Source: Balamuthia mandrillaris (taxonomy: Eukaryota). From it: DNA of 64,000 nucleotides. Below are positions 1-11,586 of this stretch, piece after piece. A model generated the notes under the pieces. It had not been told where the DNA came from and made no database searches. It worked only from the letters and a program-made list of their open reading frames with translations. The stretch covers positions 186,001-250,000 of the forward strand of contig JAVKOQ020000025.1 in the NCBI GenBank assembly GCA_031835245.2, given 5' to 3'. A program made the position numbers and the translations under genes. The stretch's first letter is position 1; each line of letters starts with the position of its first letter.

Positions 1-1586
1 GTTCCGACAACTGCTGGAAGAGGAAAAGCAGAAACATGCCTCTCTTCTCTCCTCTCATGCTAAGCAAGGAGCAACATCATCATCGTCTTCGTCCTCTTCA
101 ATTGCCAATCGCGTTTGGGCCACGCTGGACGTGAATCGGATATTGTTACAGCTCAAGCCTTACTTCGAGCAGATGACACCAACGCAACGAGCCAACGCCG
201 AGATACATGCTGAAGAGCTGCTGCAAACAGTTACGGGAGGCGCCCAGCCGCCTTTGGATATGCACAAGGTGAAGCAGATCACAGAGGGGCAAGTCTCGCC
301 GCTCAACCCCGTATTACGTCCTTTAACCGATGAGGAGATGTTTGGTGAAGGACCGGAGCAGGAACAGAGAAACAAGGCCAGCAGCAGCAGCTTCAAGTTT
401 TTGAGCGACACAAGAGATAACCTTTACTTTGAGGTGGACCCTAGTCGCCAGAACAACTTGTACTCAACCAAGTTGCCATTTGTCTCTCCTGATCAGTCCA
501 TGCAAGCTGAAGGTTCGTTCTTTCTCCTCTCCTTTCCTCTGTGCTATCTAAATTATACTAATTTTGCGTGTAAACAACAAAAGAGGAGTTGCATGATCAT
601 GCCTCTCGCTACAACTATATGTCAACGGAAGATATTATCAAGCACCATGGAAAACCACTACCAAAAGGTTTGGGTTTTTTTTTGCTCATCCCTTCCATTT
701 CTTCCTTCACTTTGTTCTCCCTTTTTTTCTCTTCTCGCCCTATTCTTTCTCTGAGAAGCTCAGTTCTTGCCTCTTGCGTTTCACAACTAAACCACAAACA
801 GGACGACAAAGAGAGGAGGTGGAAGAACAAAACTTTTGGGAAGGCGAGATCGAGTTTGGGGAGAGCGACAGCTACCACTCCCCCAAGCAATTCATGGACG
901 GGTTCAACGCTTACCTCAACAAGCTGCCTCGCTTCTCACCTGACATCGAGGATATGCCACAGGACCTCGCCGCCAACTACGCCCGCGTTGCCGAATCTGC
1001 CAAACGCGAGTTCCTCCTCACCCAATTAGAGGACGGTCGTCTCCCCGACGCAGTTGAATACCTCCGCAATGAACACGGCTTCGACTTTGAGAAGTTCAAG
1101 CAGGAGCGCATGGCGGCCCGCCTGCAGGAGAGGAGGCGCACTCTGGAGCCCCCCTTGCTCCACGACGAGGAGGACCCCATGTACCACGAAGGGGAGGAGC
1201 CGACGGAGGAGGAGCTAGTGGCCCGCGCCGCGACAATCGAGGAGCAGGAAACCCTCAGCGAGTACGACACGGTGCTCTACGATCCTTGGACTGGAGACCT
1301 GCCGGCCATGCCGGCAGGTATTCCCACGCGGGAATTCCCAGAACTGCTGGACCAGGCGACTGAGGTGGACCAGTTCCAACCTGCCGACTATTTCTTCTTG
1401 AACGACGAGGAGAAGCTGGAGGCCTCTTCCTTTAGAACGAAGGAGGAGAGTGAGGAGGAAGAAGAAGGAGGAGGAGAGGATGGAGCGGACAAGCTGACGC
1501 GTGAAAGCGGAGACGAAGGCAAGGCAACGAGTGTGCACTCGCATTCTTCCAAATATGCTACTGAATCCTCGCAACTGGACTGGTGA
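1..1586 (+). CDS. Multi-exon hypothetical protein with an acidic C-terminus; 5' end runs off the window
   Basis: Coding-like ORF segments 131-511, ~585-667 and ~802-1586 separated by pyrimidine-rich GT..AG introns; no family recognised. Confidence 0.6.
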
Positions 1587-1695
1587 GCTTCGTCGACCCG
1601 TCCGTGCACACTCCTGATAGAAATAAATTTAGCACTTTTTTTTCCCAAGAAAAAAAAAATTATCACGAGAGAGAGAAGAGAGAAGAGAGAGTAGC

Positions 1696-1739
<44 letters not shown>

Positions 1740-1814
1740 AATAAACTTAGAAAAAAAAGGAAATGAGAAAAAAAAGAAGAAAAAAAGTGAAAAAATAACA
1801 GGAAATAAAAAGAA

Positions 1815-1886
1815 CTCCCCCGCCGGGAATCGAACCCGGGTTGTCCGCGTGACAGGCGGAAGTGCTGCCGACTACACCACAGGGGA
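1815..1886 (-). tRNA. tRNA-Asp(GTC)
   Basis: Reverse complement folds as a cloverleaf: acceptor TCCCCTG/CGGGGGA, anticodon arm TCCGC-CT-GTC-AC-GCGGA, T arm CCGGG-TTCGATT-CCCGG; T-run downstream. Confidence 0.95.
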
Positions 1887-1993
1887 AGTAGCTTGCCAAA
1901 AGAAGAATTATTCGAGACGACATTATTTTAAAGATTTGCCCAAATTTTTTCGTGGAAATATTTTGTGAAGCAGATTTTTTTTTTATTTTAAAG

Positions 1994-3376
1994 ATGTGGG
2001 ACGACGGAGCAGGCCCGGACTGCTTGCATGGGCCCAGCAGCTCTGCCGAACGGCTGGATGGTGGCGGCAGGAGGACGCGCAAACAAGTGGAGGCCGGTCA
2101 CAACTGGTGGAAAGAGCGGGTGAAACGATTAGAACGGCAGTGGACACCCAAGGTAACGATTTAGTTTTTTTTTTCACACATCCTTTCTTTTACTGACTTT
2201 CTATGTTTGATCACTTTTGCGCCAAGGGGACGGACTCGACCATATTTAGAGGGGTCACCGCGTTCTTTGAGGGATACACCGAACAGACCTCCAGTTATCA
2301 CCTCAAAAAACTGTTACTCTCTCATGGCGGTTCTGTCAGGTTTCTCGTCCTCGCTTTCTCTCATATCATGTCTTCTTTCTTCTCTCTTTCTCTATGTTTC
2401 TCTCTTCTCTCGTTCTCTCTTCTGTGCTCCTCTCTTTCTTCTCTCTCCTCTCTCTTCTTTGTTCCCTCTTCTCTCTTCTCTGCTTCCATCCGTTTAGCTA
2501 ACTCTTGATTTTTTTGTTTCTCAGCCATTACTTTTCCAAAAGAAAAACAACGCACGTTATCTGCACGAACCTTTCTGCCAGCAAATGGACGAACCTCCTC
2601 TTCACAGGCTCTGGAGCCTCGAAGCGAGTGAAGGCGGTGCATCCTGATTGGCTTCATCGGTCCTGCGAAGCGGGAGTGAAGCTCCCAGAGGATGACTTTC
2701 TCATCAGCACGCCCAATTCCAATGCAAAGGACGATAACCCTTCCTATTCTTCTTCTACTTCTTTGCTTCCGCCTTCTATGGTTTCCTCTCCATCTTCTTC
2801 TGCTACAGCCAAACAACCAAGACGTCCTTCCATTCAAGATTTCTTTGCAGCATCTTCTTCTTCATCAACAAAACGAACACGAGAGGAGGTGAGTTTTTGT
2901 TTCTTCTTTTCTTGTGTAGATGTTTCTTGTGGTTGTGGTTTGTTTGTTTTGTTTTGCTGTTGAAACTTAACTTTTCAATAAAGATTTTAGAAAACGAGAA
3001 GAGAGACAAAGAGAACATCCCAAGCGAACGCAAGCAACAGGACTACCAACCTTCCAGAGAAGACTACAAAAGGCCAAACAGCCAAAACAAACAAAGCACA
3101 CACCAATCAACATCAACATCCTTATCTCGTTCATCATCATCGTCGTCGTCTTCTGCAGCAGCAGCTTCGTTTCCTGCGGCTGGTTCTGCTTCCGCCACCA
3201 ACAAAAAAGAAGAGAATGAGAAAAAAACAAAGCACCCGCGAAAACGAAGACGGAACGAAAGCACGGATGCGTTTCTTTCTCGGCTCTTCGGTGCCGCCTC
3301 ACACCGTCAACATTTGGTGCAACAGTTCCCATTAGCCCAGAGCGTCCCCCCAGATTCTTCCCTACTTTCCCAATGA
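1994..3376 (+). CDS. BRCT-domain protein (REV1 N-terminus-like BRCT plus a disordered tail), multi-exon
   Basis: Spliced sequence STIFRGVTAFFEGYT..LKKLLLSHGG..KTTHVICTNL..AVHPDWLHRSCEAG.KLPEDDF matches the BRCT pattern. Confidence 0.75.
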
Positions 3377-3651
3377 GCGAGATCTCTCTCTCTCTTCTCT
3401 CCCTCCCACTCTCTCTCTCTCTCCTCCATGCGGTAGGTTTATTTTTCCGTCTCACAAACTCTGCCAATCGTTTTCTTAGCACTATTTCCTAAAAAAGTTC
3501 ACCAAACAGGAACCGACTCTTATCGTAAGGGACACTTTAAAAAAAAAAGCAATTCACGGTCGCAAGAGGAAGCAAAAAAGCACGACCACGCAAAAGCAAG
3601 GCTTCCTTCCTCATTTTTCTGCTTTCTTTGTTTGAAGCGACTGTGCGACAA

Positions 3652-4878
3652 ATGAGGCTCTTTTGGTTCCCGTATAACATCAATGGCGTGCAAGCCCGCT
3701 TCGTTGGCTTGTTCGTGGTTGTCACTTGCATCCTTGGCATCATCTTCCGCGAATCCAAAACGATGCAATGGAGCATTGCCGGTATGGCCGCCGGTTATCT
3801 TTTACGGTATGTTCTTTCTGCTCGCTTCCCTCTCCAGTGCTTAGTTCACTCCTTCAGTTCACAGTAGGAAAAAACTGACCCGTTTTCCTCCTCCTCTTTC
3901 CTTTCGGTCTACGCAGTTTCTTCTCCGGCGCCAACGCTTCCTTCTTAGGCTCTCTTGCCGGCATACCTGCTTTCTTCTTCGAGCCCGACCTCGTTCCCGG
4001 GCCTCCCAAACAATTTGCTGCCCTCTGCGGTTTCCTCTTCTCCGCCATTGCCACCGCTTTGCTCTTCATCGCGGAGGAGGGTGGCTGTGGAGAGGGTTGT
4101 TACATCGCTGGCTCGGCCGTTTTGGGTTTTCTCTCCTTCGCTGCCTTTTTGGAGTCCGTTTTTGACTTTTGTGTTGGCTGCGTCTTCTTTGGCATCTTTG
4201 TGAAGATGGGCATCGTGCCGAGAGCCCTGTTGGAGGTGGCGGATGATGCCTGGGAGGAGACCAACAACGCTGTGCAGGAGCAAGGAAACCTGTGGGACTG
4301 GTTTTATACTCGGCCACCAACCAACGAACGTAGACCGCTCTGGCAACTGCCCAAGCCTCTCTCTTCAATTCAACAGACGTTTGCTGGAGGAAGAGGTGTA
4401 GGGAGCAAAGAAGCGCGCGAGGATGGGGTCGAAATGGTAGAAAAGAAACAAGAAAGGCAACCAGAGGCAAAGAAAGAGAGCCGAGGTTCTTCTTCCTCTT
4501 CTTCCTCTTCTGATAGTGATGAAGGCGAAGAGAAATCAAAGCATGATGAACCGAAAAAGAAGAAGAAGAAGAACAAGCACAAGCCGAAGGATGACGGAGG
4601 CAGCTCTAACGAAGAGCCGATCGAAGTTCGCATGAAGAACGCCCAAACCTACGAAAGAAGATGGTTCAACGGGTGGGGCCAACGCTTCAGGTACGTGCCT
4701 GAATATCAGGATGAGGAACTTTGCGAAAAGTTTCCTGAGAGAGAGTTCAAGACCGTGCTGAAGTACAAGCATAAGGACGAGCAACGCGAGTTTCACTTTA
4801 TCCGTAACTGTAAGCCTTCATTTGCTGGAGCCATCATGGGACTTACTGGCGTTGCTTCTGTTTGGTTTGTTTTCGGTT

Positions 4879-4909
<31 letters not shown>

Positions 4910-7048
4910 CTTATGTTGTTGTTGTTCTTCTTCTTCTTCTTGTGCTTGTGCTTGTTGTTATAGTTCTTCTTCTTCTTGTTTATGATTCTTGTTAGTTGTG
5001 CTTGTTGGTTGGCTGTTTTTTTGGCTGAAACGGATGGTACCGTTGCTGACGAATGAACGACAATAGGAAGTTTGCTGATCAGCAGGTGTTTGATATGAAG
5101 GAAGGGCAAGCGTACTGGGCTTCGATGGCGCTTGTAGCGGCCTTCTTTGGAACGCTTTTCCTGGTGCTTTATCTTTTGAAGATCATTTGTTACCCATATA
5201 AGATTTGGAAGGACTGGAACCATCCTGGTACATTAATGTTTCTCTTTCATCATTGCTCTTGTCATAGCATCTCTATCTCTAACAACCGGGTTCTTCCACT
5301 AGTGCACGGCAACTTCTTCGCTGCTATCCTCATCAACATCCTTCTATTCGCTTACCTGGTTGAAAGTGAAAGCAACACGTTTGCCAAAGTTTTATTCGTA
5401 TGCTCATCCCTTCTTTGCTTCTCTTCTCTCTCCTCTCTCTACTCCCCTCTTCTCTTCTCTACCGTGCCTTCTTAACAAATAAATAGTGGATAGCAGCTCC
5501 TCTGATTCTGTTGGACGGCATGTATAGTGCCGCTCGCTGGTTCTCCCGTCGCTGGTACGTGGATCACATCAACCCAACGTGGATGATTCCTCCTGTGGGC
5601 TCTTTGGTGGCCTCCTTCGTGGCGCCCATTCTCGACTCGGACTACAACGACGTGGCGTGGCTTTGGTTCGGCTTTGGCATTATCACATGGCTGCCTATCT
5701 TCTGCATCATAGTGCAACGCTGCATCACCGCAGAGGAGTTGGAGGACAAAGTGGTGCCTTCCTTGTTCATTCTGATCGCCCCGCTCGCCCTAGCTGGCAG
5801 CTCTTGGGTTCTGCTTCGTGCCCAGCGCTGTGCCTGCAATCCTTGGCAAGACAGCCCTCTTCCCGAGATCTTCTTCTACTCCTCCATCGGGCTCACTCTT
5901 ATCATGGCCATGCTAGTCCTGTTCCGCTTCTTTGGTCGCCTTAAGTTTGACATGGCTTACTGGGGCTACACCTTTCCTATCGCCACGGTCTCTCTCTTCA
6001 CCCTACAGTATCACGAGGAAAAGGGCACGAACCTCAGTCAGGCCATGGCTGTCTTTGGCGTTATCCTCATTAGCTACCTCGTAGCGCTTTGCTTCCTCCA
6101 GACCATCACGGCGGTGCTGCGGAGAGACGTCTTTGTGCCGGATGACAAGTGGGGTCCATTGAGCTTTACCAACATATGGCATGAAGCCTTTCGGTATAGG
6201 TTGCCGAGGATCGTGCGTGCCGCCAAAGGCATGAAGGTACCAAACGCCTAGCAAACACGAAACAAAGAACAAGCGAACTAACACTGTTAACCATTTGTTG
6301 CATGTTTGTTCTTCTTCAAGCCGGATCGACCAGCATCCATCGAACGCTTCGCACAAATGTTCCGCGAGCTGGAGTTGATGCACGAGGAACACTCGAAGCA
6401 TGAGGACCAGGTTCTGTTCCCAATGTTCAACGAGTTCTTCCCTGGCGTGTCCACGCAGCATACCGATGAGCATGTTCGTGACAAGCACGACATGCACAAG
6501 GTGCTTCGTTTGTTAGACGGCCTATCCAGTTCTTCCGACGATTCTGAAAAAGAAGAGGTAAGTGTTTTCCAGCTCTGAACAAACAGGAAATAAGAATGAA
6601 GACAGAAAGCAAGAAGATAGGTTCTCAAACTAACAATCACTCACTACTAAACAAACACGTGCACCAGATGATATTAGAGATCCATCAGCTGCTGGACGTC
6701 ATCGTGCCGCACTTCCTCGCCCACTTGGAGGAGGAGGAGACGCACCTGCAGCCCATCTCGCGCAAGCACTTCCCACTGAAGCTCCACAAGCAGATGGTGC
6801 GACGGATTTGGGCCAGCTCCTCCTCCGAGCGCTGGAGCCTCATCATCCCCTTTGTGCTCTCTAATCAGGAGCTCTTTGGGGCGCGGCTGAGGTTCCTCAA
6901 GTGCCTGCGATGGGCGCTGCCGGAGAGGTTCCAGCAGATCGGCGTGATGGCCTTTAACGGCGTCTCCCCCTCGCTGTGGTGGAGGCTCAAGGCCTACCTG
7001 CCAGACCTGGTGCCAAGACCACAGTACGGTTGGGTCAGATATTACTAA
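3652..7048 (+). CDS. Multi-exon membrane protein: DUF4395-like N-terminus + SLAC1/TDT (TehA-like) anion channel + C-terminal hemerythrin (HHE) domain
   Basis: N-term QARF..GPPKQFA..LES.FDFCVGC (DUF4395-like); middle PSFAGAIMGLTG, NPTWMIPPVG, PSLFILIAP, FDMAYWGYTFP (TDT/SLAC1); C-term HEAFR, HSKHED..LFP, EH, HLEEEE (HHE). Confidence 0.8.
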
Positions 7049-7410
7049 ATGACAGCACGAAAGAAAGAAACGACAAGGAAGGAAGGAGGAACTGCAAGAA
7101 AGAAACAAAAAAAATAAGGAATGATGAGCAAGAGGCCACAAGCAAAGTGGGAAAGAAGCGAGGAGAGTGAAGAGGAAACAACAGAGCAGAGAGGAGAGAG
7201 GAGAGAAGAGAGAGCAGAGAGCGATTCATATTTTTCAGATAACATTCTTTTTGACGACGTCGGCGAAGCGTTACATGGAAAGCTATATTAAACCAAAACA
7301 GAGCTTTGCTTTTATAAAAAAACATAACAAGAAAGGAAGAAAGGAAAGACTCTCCCTCCTTGTTTGTTGTGTTGGGAGGGAGGGCGTGGGCATCTTGAAA
7401 GCTGCCAAAG

Positions 7411-8800
7411 ATGGGGATGTACCACAGCACCAGCGGCAAATGTGGCTTTGACTATTATCACTATGAGGGCTGCCCGCTAAACGCTGACGGCAGTTACCGT
7501 CTGCACATCCCAAGAGAGCAGCTCATCAACATCTTAAAGTTGGAAGAACAGTACCGCTTTTCAGAAGAGGTGTCTTTTTTTGTATCCCTCTCTTCCTCTC
7601 TCTTTAAAACTAACTTCTTTCTCTATCTGTTTGTTCTGAAAAGTATCAACAAATGTACACAGAGGCAGGGGACTCTCTCGACCGGCTGGAAGAGATCACG
7701 GAGGAGCTCCAAAGGAGAGCTCTCCAAGAAAATGGCATTGCCATCGAGGACCATGAGGCCGGCAAGAACGGCCAAATCCCTAACGCGCTCAAAGCCTACC
7801 GCTCCATTCGAGGACGACTCCGTCACGATGAGGAGATCAGCCAGCTCGTTGTCTACATGAGAGAAGACCGCAGCAAGCGAGGGACCCTTGCCAAAGGAGA
7901 CATCGCGCCGGATGCAGAGCTCTTGACGTTGGACGGAGAGGAGACGACGCTCTACAGCATCATGGAGCAAAGAGTGGACAACACGCGGCCATTGGTCATT
8001 TTGGCGGGGTCTGTCAGCTGACCACCGGTAACTTCAGCTCCTGCTCTTCGCTAGTTCTGTCTTGTCGTTTCTTGATTTCTCTTCTTCTTTTGCTTCTTCT
8101 TGTTCTTGTTCTTGATCTTCTGCTCGTTCTTGTTCTTGTTCTTCTTCTTCTTCTTCTTCTTCTTCTTCTTGTTCTACTTCTTCTTCTTCTCTCTTCTGTC
8201 ATTTCTTAATACTTTGTTTTTTTTCTTTTTTTAATTGCAGTTTCGACGTGAAGTCTCCAACATGAACCAGCTGGCCAAAGCCAGTGCGGATGTTGTGGAC
8301 TTTATTGTCGTCTACATCGCGGAGGCCCATGCTGCAGACCGATGGCCGCTGGGCAGGGTTACGAACATAAAGGATCACCGAAATGCTGAAGATAGACTGC
8401 AGGTTCGTTATAGCGGTTTTTTTTAAAAAATTCTTTCTGTTTTGCTCGGTTATAAACACTTTGTTTTTTGTATTCTTTCTAGGCAGCCAAGTTGCTGAAG
8501 GGAGAGTATGGATGTGAAATACCAATCTACGTGGATAGCATGAACAACAACTTTGATGATTCTTATGCAGTTTGGCCGGAGCGATTCTTTATTGTTCACA
8601 ATGGGCGCATGGCATTGGTTTGTTTGCTTTTGTTTTCTGTTCTTTTTTTTGTGTGTTTTGTTATTTTCTCACTGTGTTGTTTATTTAAATAATAGATTGG
8701 ATATCCAACGGTGAAAGAAAGAGGCTATGATCGTTCTGTTATTGCAGAATGGATTCAACAAACAAGAACAATACAGAATGACTCTTTTTCTCAACTATAA
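7411..8800 (+). CDS. Iodothyronine deiodinase-like selenoprotein (Sec = TGA 8019-8021), about 5 exons
   Basis: Spliced RPLVILAGSVS-TGA-PP|F, DFIVVYIAEAHAADRW, VDSMNN..YAVWPER match deiodinase motifs (GSxxUPPF, YIxEAHxxDxW, PER); stop TAA 8798-8800. Confidence 0.92.
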
Positions 8801-8815
8801 ATGACCAATGCTATT

Positions 8816-8892
8816 TTCAAAGGGGCCATGACAACATTCTTATAAACCCTACTTATTATAGGAGTAAGAATGTTTGACAATTACCCTTTGAA
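8816..8892 (+). promoter_or_regulatory. SECIS element (type II) in the deiodinase 3' UTR
   Basis: Stem I TTCAAAGGG/CCCTTTGAA; core ATGA(8828-8831)...TGAC; stem II AACATTCTTA/TAAGAATGTT; apical AAA plus CCT/AGG mini-stem. Confidence 0.92.
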
Positions 8893-8976
8893 TCTAGTTT
8901 ATATTTTTATGACGGTTTTTTTTTCACTTGCTTTCTTCTCCGTCTCTTGCTGTTGTCTGCGTTTCTTCGTTCTTTC

Positions 8977-9014
<38 letters not shown>

Positions 9015-9444
9015 AAGACCTGACAGTTGGTGATGGCCTTTCTATCGTTCAAAGCTTCACTCATCTCACATGGTCTAAAGCTAGCAGGTTTTAAAGGCAG
9101 GCATGTCCGCTTACCTTCTTCATTCGCAACACACACCGTTGAGTTATTCGTTGGGTCCTACCCTCTCCTGTCCCTCTCTACATGCTGGGCTTCCCAGTCT
9201 GGGACCTTTGTAAGGACAGAGCTGTATTGTATGTAGTGTGTGCCAGGCCAGCAACCCCTGCCCCCATGACCGGCAGAGGCCAGCAGAAATGAGAAGGGGG
9301 GTGCACCCCCAGCTCCACTTCCTCGTCGACAAAAATTCCTCCGGGTGCTCCACAGCTCCAAAAAAACGTAGCAGAGAAGGGCCAAACCTCAAAAAAAAAA
9401 AAAAAGGGTAGCAGGGGTGGGTAAACACAAACCGAACGAAGAGC

Positions 9445-9622
9445 ATGTTGAAGACGTTCTCCTCCTGGGCGAGTCGTGCGGGGCTTAACCCTGCCGCCTG
9501 GCGGCCGGACAAGTGGTTCCACCCCAACGCGAACTCCCCCGACCTCAACACGCTCGCTCGCGAGTTTCGGTATCCCGCTCCACTGTACGTTTCTCTTGCC
9601 TCCTCCTCTTTCTTTTCCCCTT

Positions 9623-9653
<31 letters not shown>

Positions 9654-10091
9654 GTTCTCTGCTTTTTTTGTCGTTTCTTTCTGCCCAGCATCTTTCTTGG
9701 TTGATTTGCTGCTCACTTACCCCGTGCGCATCTCTCTTTCTTCGATTCGATTCTCATTTTTTTTTTAAAAAAAAAAAGGTCACGCGACAAGCCCAACCTC
9801 GGCAACATGCCCACTAAGCAAGAGGGCCTCACCATAGCCTACTACAAGCGATCCGCCGGCAAACGGGAACCCCCCATGGCCAAGAAGAAGGACATCCAGA
9901 AACAGCTCCAGCAGTTCCAACAGGCCCACCGCGAGGCCCAGGAGCTCCACAAGCAGGAGCAGCTGAACAAGCAGCTGCCCGTCAGGATTTATGACCCGGT
10001 GGACCCCTTGGCATTGGACAACCTCACGCTGACCATGAGCAAGGACAAAGGCTATGTGTACAGGCCCGTGCCTCGTTCCCAATGGCTCTGA
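9445..10091 (+). CDS. Two-exon small protein, possibly complex I accessory subunit NDUFA7/NUZM-like
   Basis: FRYPAP and IAYYKR motifs resemble fungal NUZM/B14.5a; intron ~9586-9779. Confidence 0.45.
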
Positions 10092-10274
10092 AGTTTGGAT
10101 CGGTTGATTTTTCAAGTACCAGCACGAACAGGAAAGAAAGAGAGGGAAGAGAAGAGGCGACAGGGAGACGAAGGAAGAAAAGAAACAACCATTGTTTTAT
10201 GTTTCACAAAAAAAAGAGAGAAACGGTTTTTTGTGATGCAGCGGAGGAGGGAGGGAGATGACGGTTTTTTTTGT

Positions 10275-10738
10275 TTACAAACGCTCTCCGGTTTCCCTTT
10301 CCACAATTTCCTTGCTCTTTGCGAACCACTCGGGGTTGTGAGAGATGGGTTTCTTTTGGGCTGTTGGCCAGGAACGACAGCGGTTATGGTGTTGTTCGAG
10401 AGAGAGAGAGAGAGAGAGAGAGAGGACGTTATGCAAGGGTAAGAGGGTGAAAAAATCAGCAAAAAATAGAGGAAAAAAAGCAACAAAAAAAAAAAGAAAA
10501 ACGCACATTTGTATTGGTAGTAGCTGACCAGAAAAGCAGGGGCCACGACGAGGCAAGTGCCGAGGAAAACGCTGCCCTCGACGCGCTGGCCGGGGTCTTG
10601 GCTGCCCCAAGGGGCCTGGAAGCCAGGTCGCACGGCTCGGTGGTCCAACGGACGCGCCCAACGCACGCCCACGGTCCTGCTAAGGCGGGCCAGCTCAACG
10701 GGGTTGCCCCTGCTCACGATAGAGGTTGTGGCTCCCAT
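10275..10738 (-). CDS. Two-exon single-pass membrane protein, possibly cytochrome c oxidase subunit IV-like
   Basis: One TM (VFLGTCLVVAPAFLVSYY) followed after splicing by KPISHNPEWFAKSKE, like the COX4 P-x-T/S-xx-x-EW-x-AK motif. Confidence 0.45.
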
Positions 10739-11089
10739 TATAATTCTTCTTCTACGTAGTGGCCTTAGATGGAGATCGTTCCCTTCACTCTCTCTCTTTT
10801 CCAGAATTTATTTTTTTTTTCTTTGGGGTCGCCTTTTTTTTTGTTTGAGTGAATTTCCGTCGACATTACATGAGGGTTCGTACCCTCTTTTCACGAGAAA
10901 CAGTGTTCACGTCATTTTTTCCAAATCGGAATAAAACTGACATCAGGGGGGAACGCTGTCAGACCCTCAAACATATTCTCTGTCGACAACAAAATCAAGA
11001 AACGAAGAGAGAAGAGAGGAGAAGCAAAGGGGGAGAAGAGAAGACAAAGACAACACACACACGCGAAAGGAGGAGGAGGACCGACAAAC

Positions 11090-11478
11090 ATGGCTTCGCT
11101 GACGGGAGGCTTCCGCAATGGGAGCGGCGTCAGCTCCTCTGCGGATCACTACAAGAAAAGGGTGAGCAACATGTCCAAAGAGAACAAGCAGCTCAAAACA
11201 AAGATCGACAAGATCGAGCGAGAGAACCGCGACCTCAAAAAGTCCATCTACGACCTGAGTGTTCGGTAGCTATTCCGCTTCTCTCTTATCAGACAACACT
11301 CTGACCGCTACTGCTTCTCCATCAGGTACAACACTCTGTTACAGCAAACGGGACAGAAAGTGAAGCCCTTCAACATAGACACGGTCATGCAGCACAACGT
11401 TCCCTCTCAAGAGTTCATGGAGCGTGTTGGCGGTCCTGACGATGAGCCTGCCTCTCTTCTTTTGGGAGACAAAGGTTC

Positions 11479-11513
<35 letters not shown>

Positions 11514-11553
11514 TTCTTTGCTTCTCGTGTTCCCGTTCTCTCTTCTCTCCTCG

Positions 11554-11586
<33 letters not shown>

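Noticed and set aside
9015..9360. GC-balanced intergenic stretch that might be RNase P/MRP RNA
   Set aside because: Only a weak resemblance (AAAGGTCCCAG on the minus strand); no convincing P4/CR-V partner found by eye
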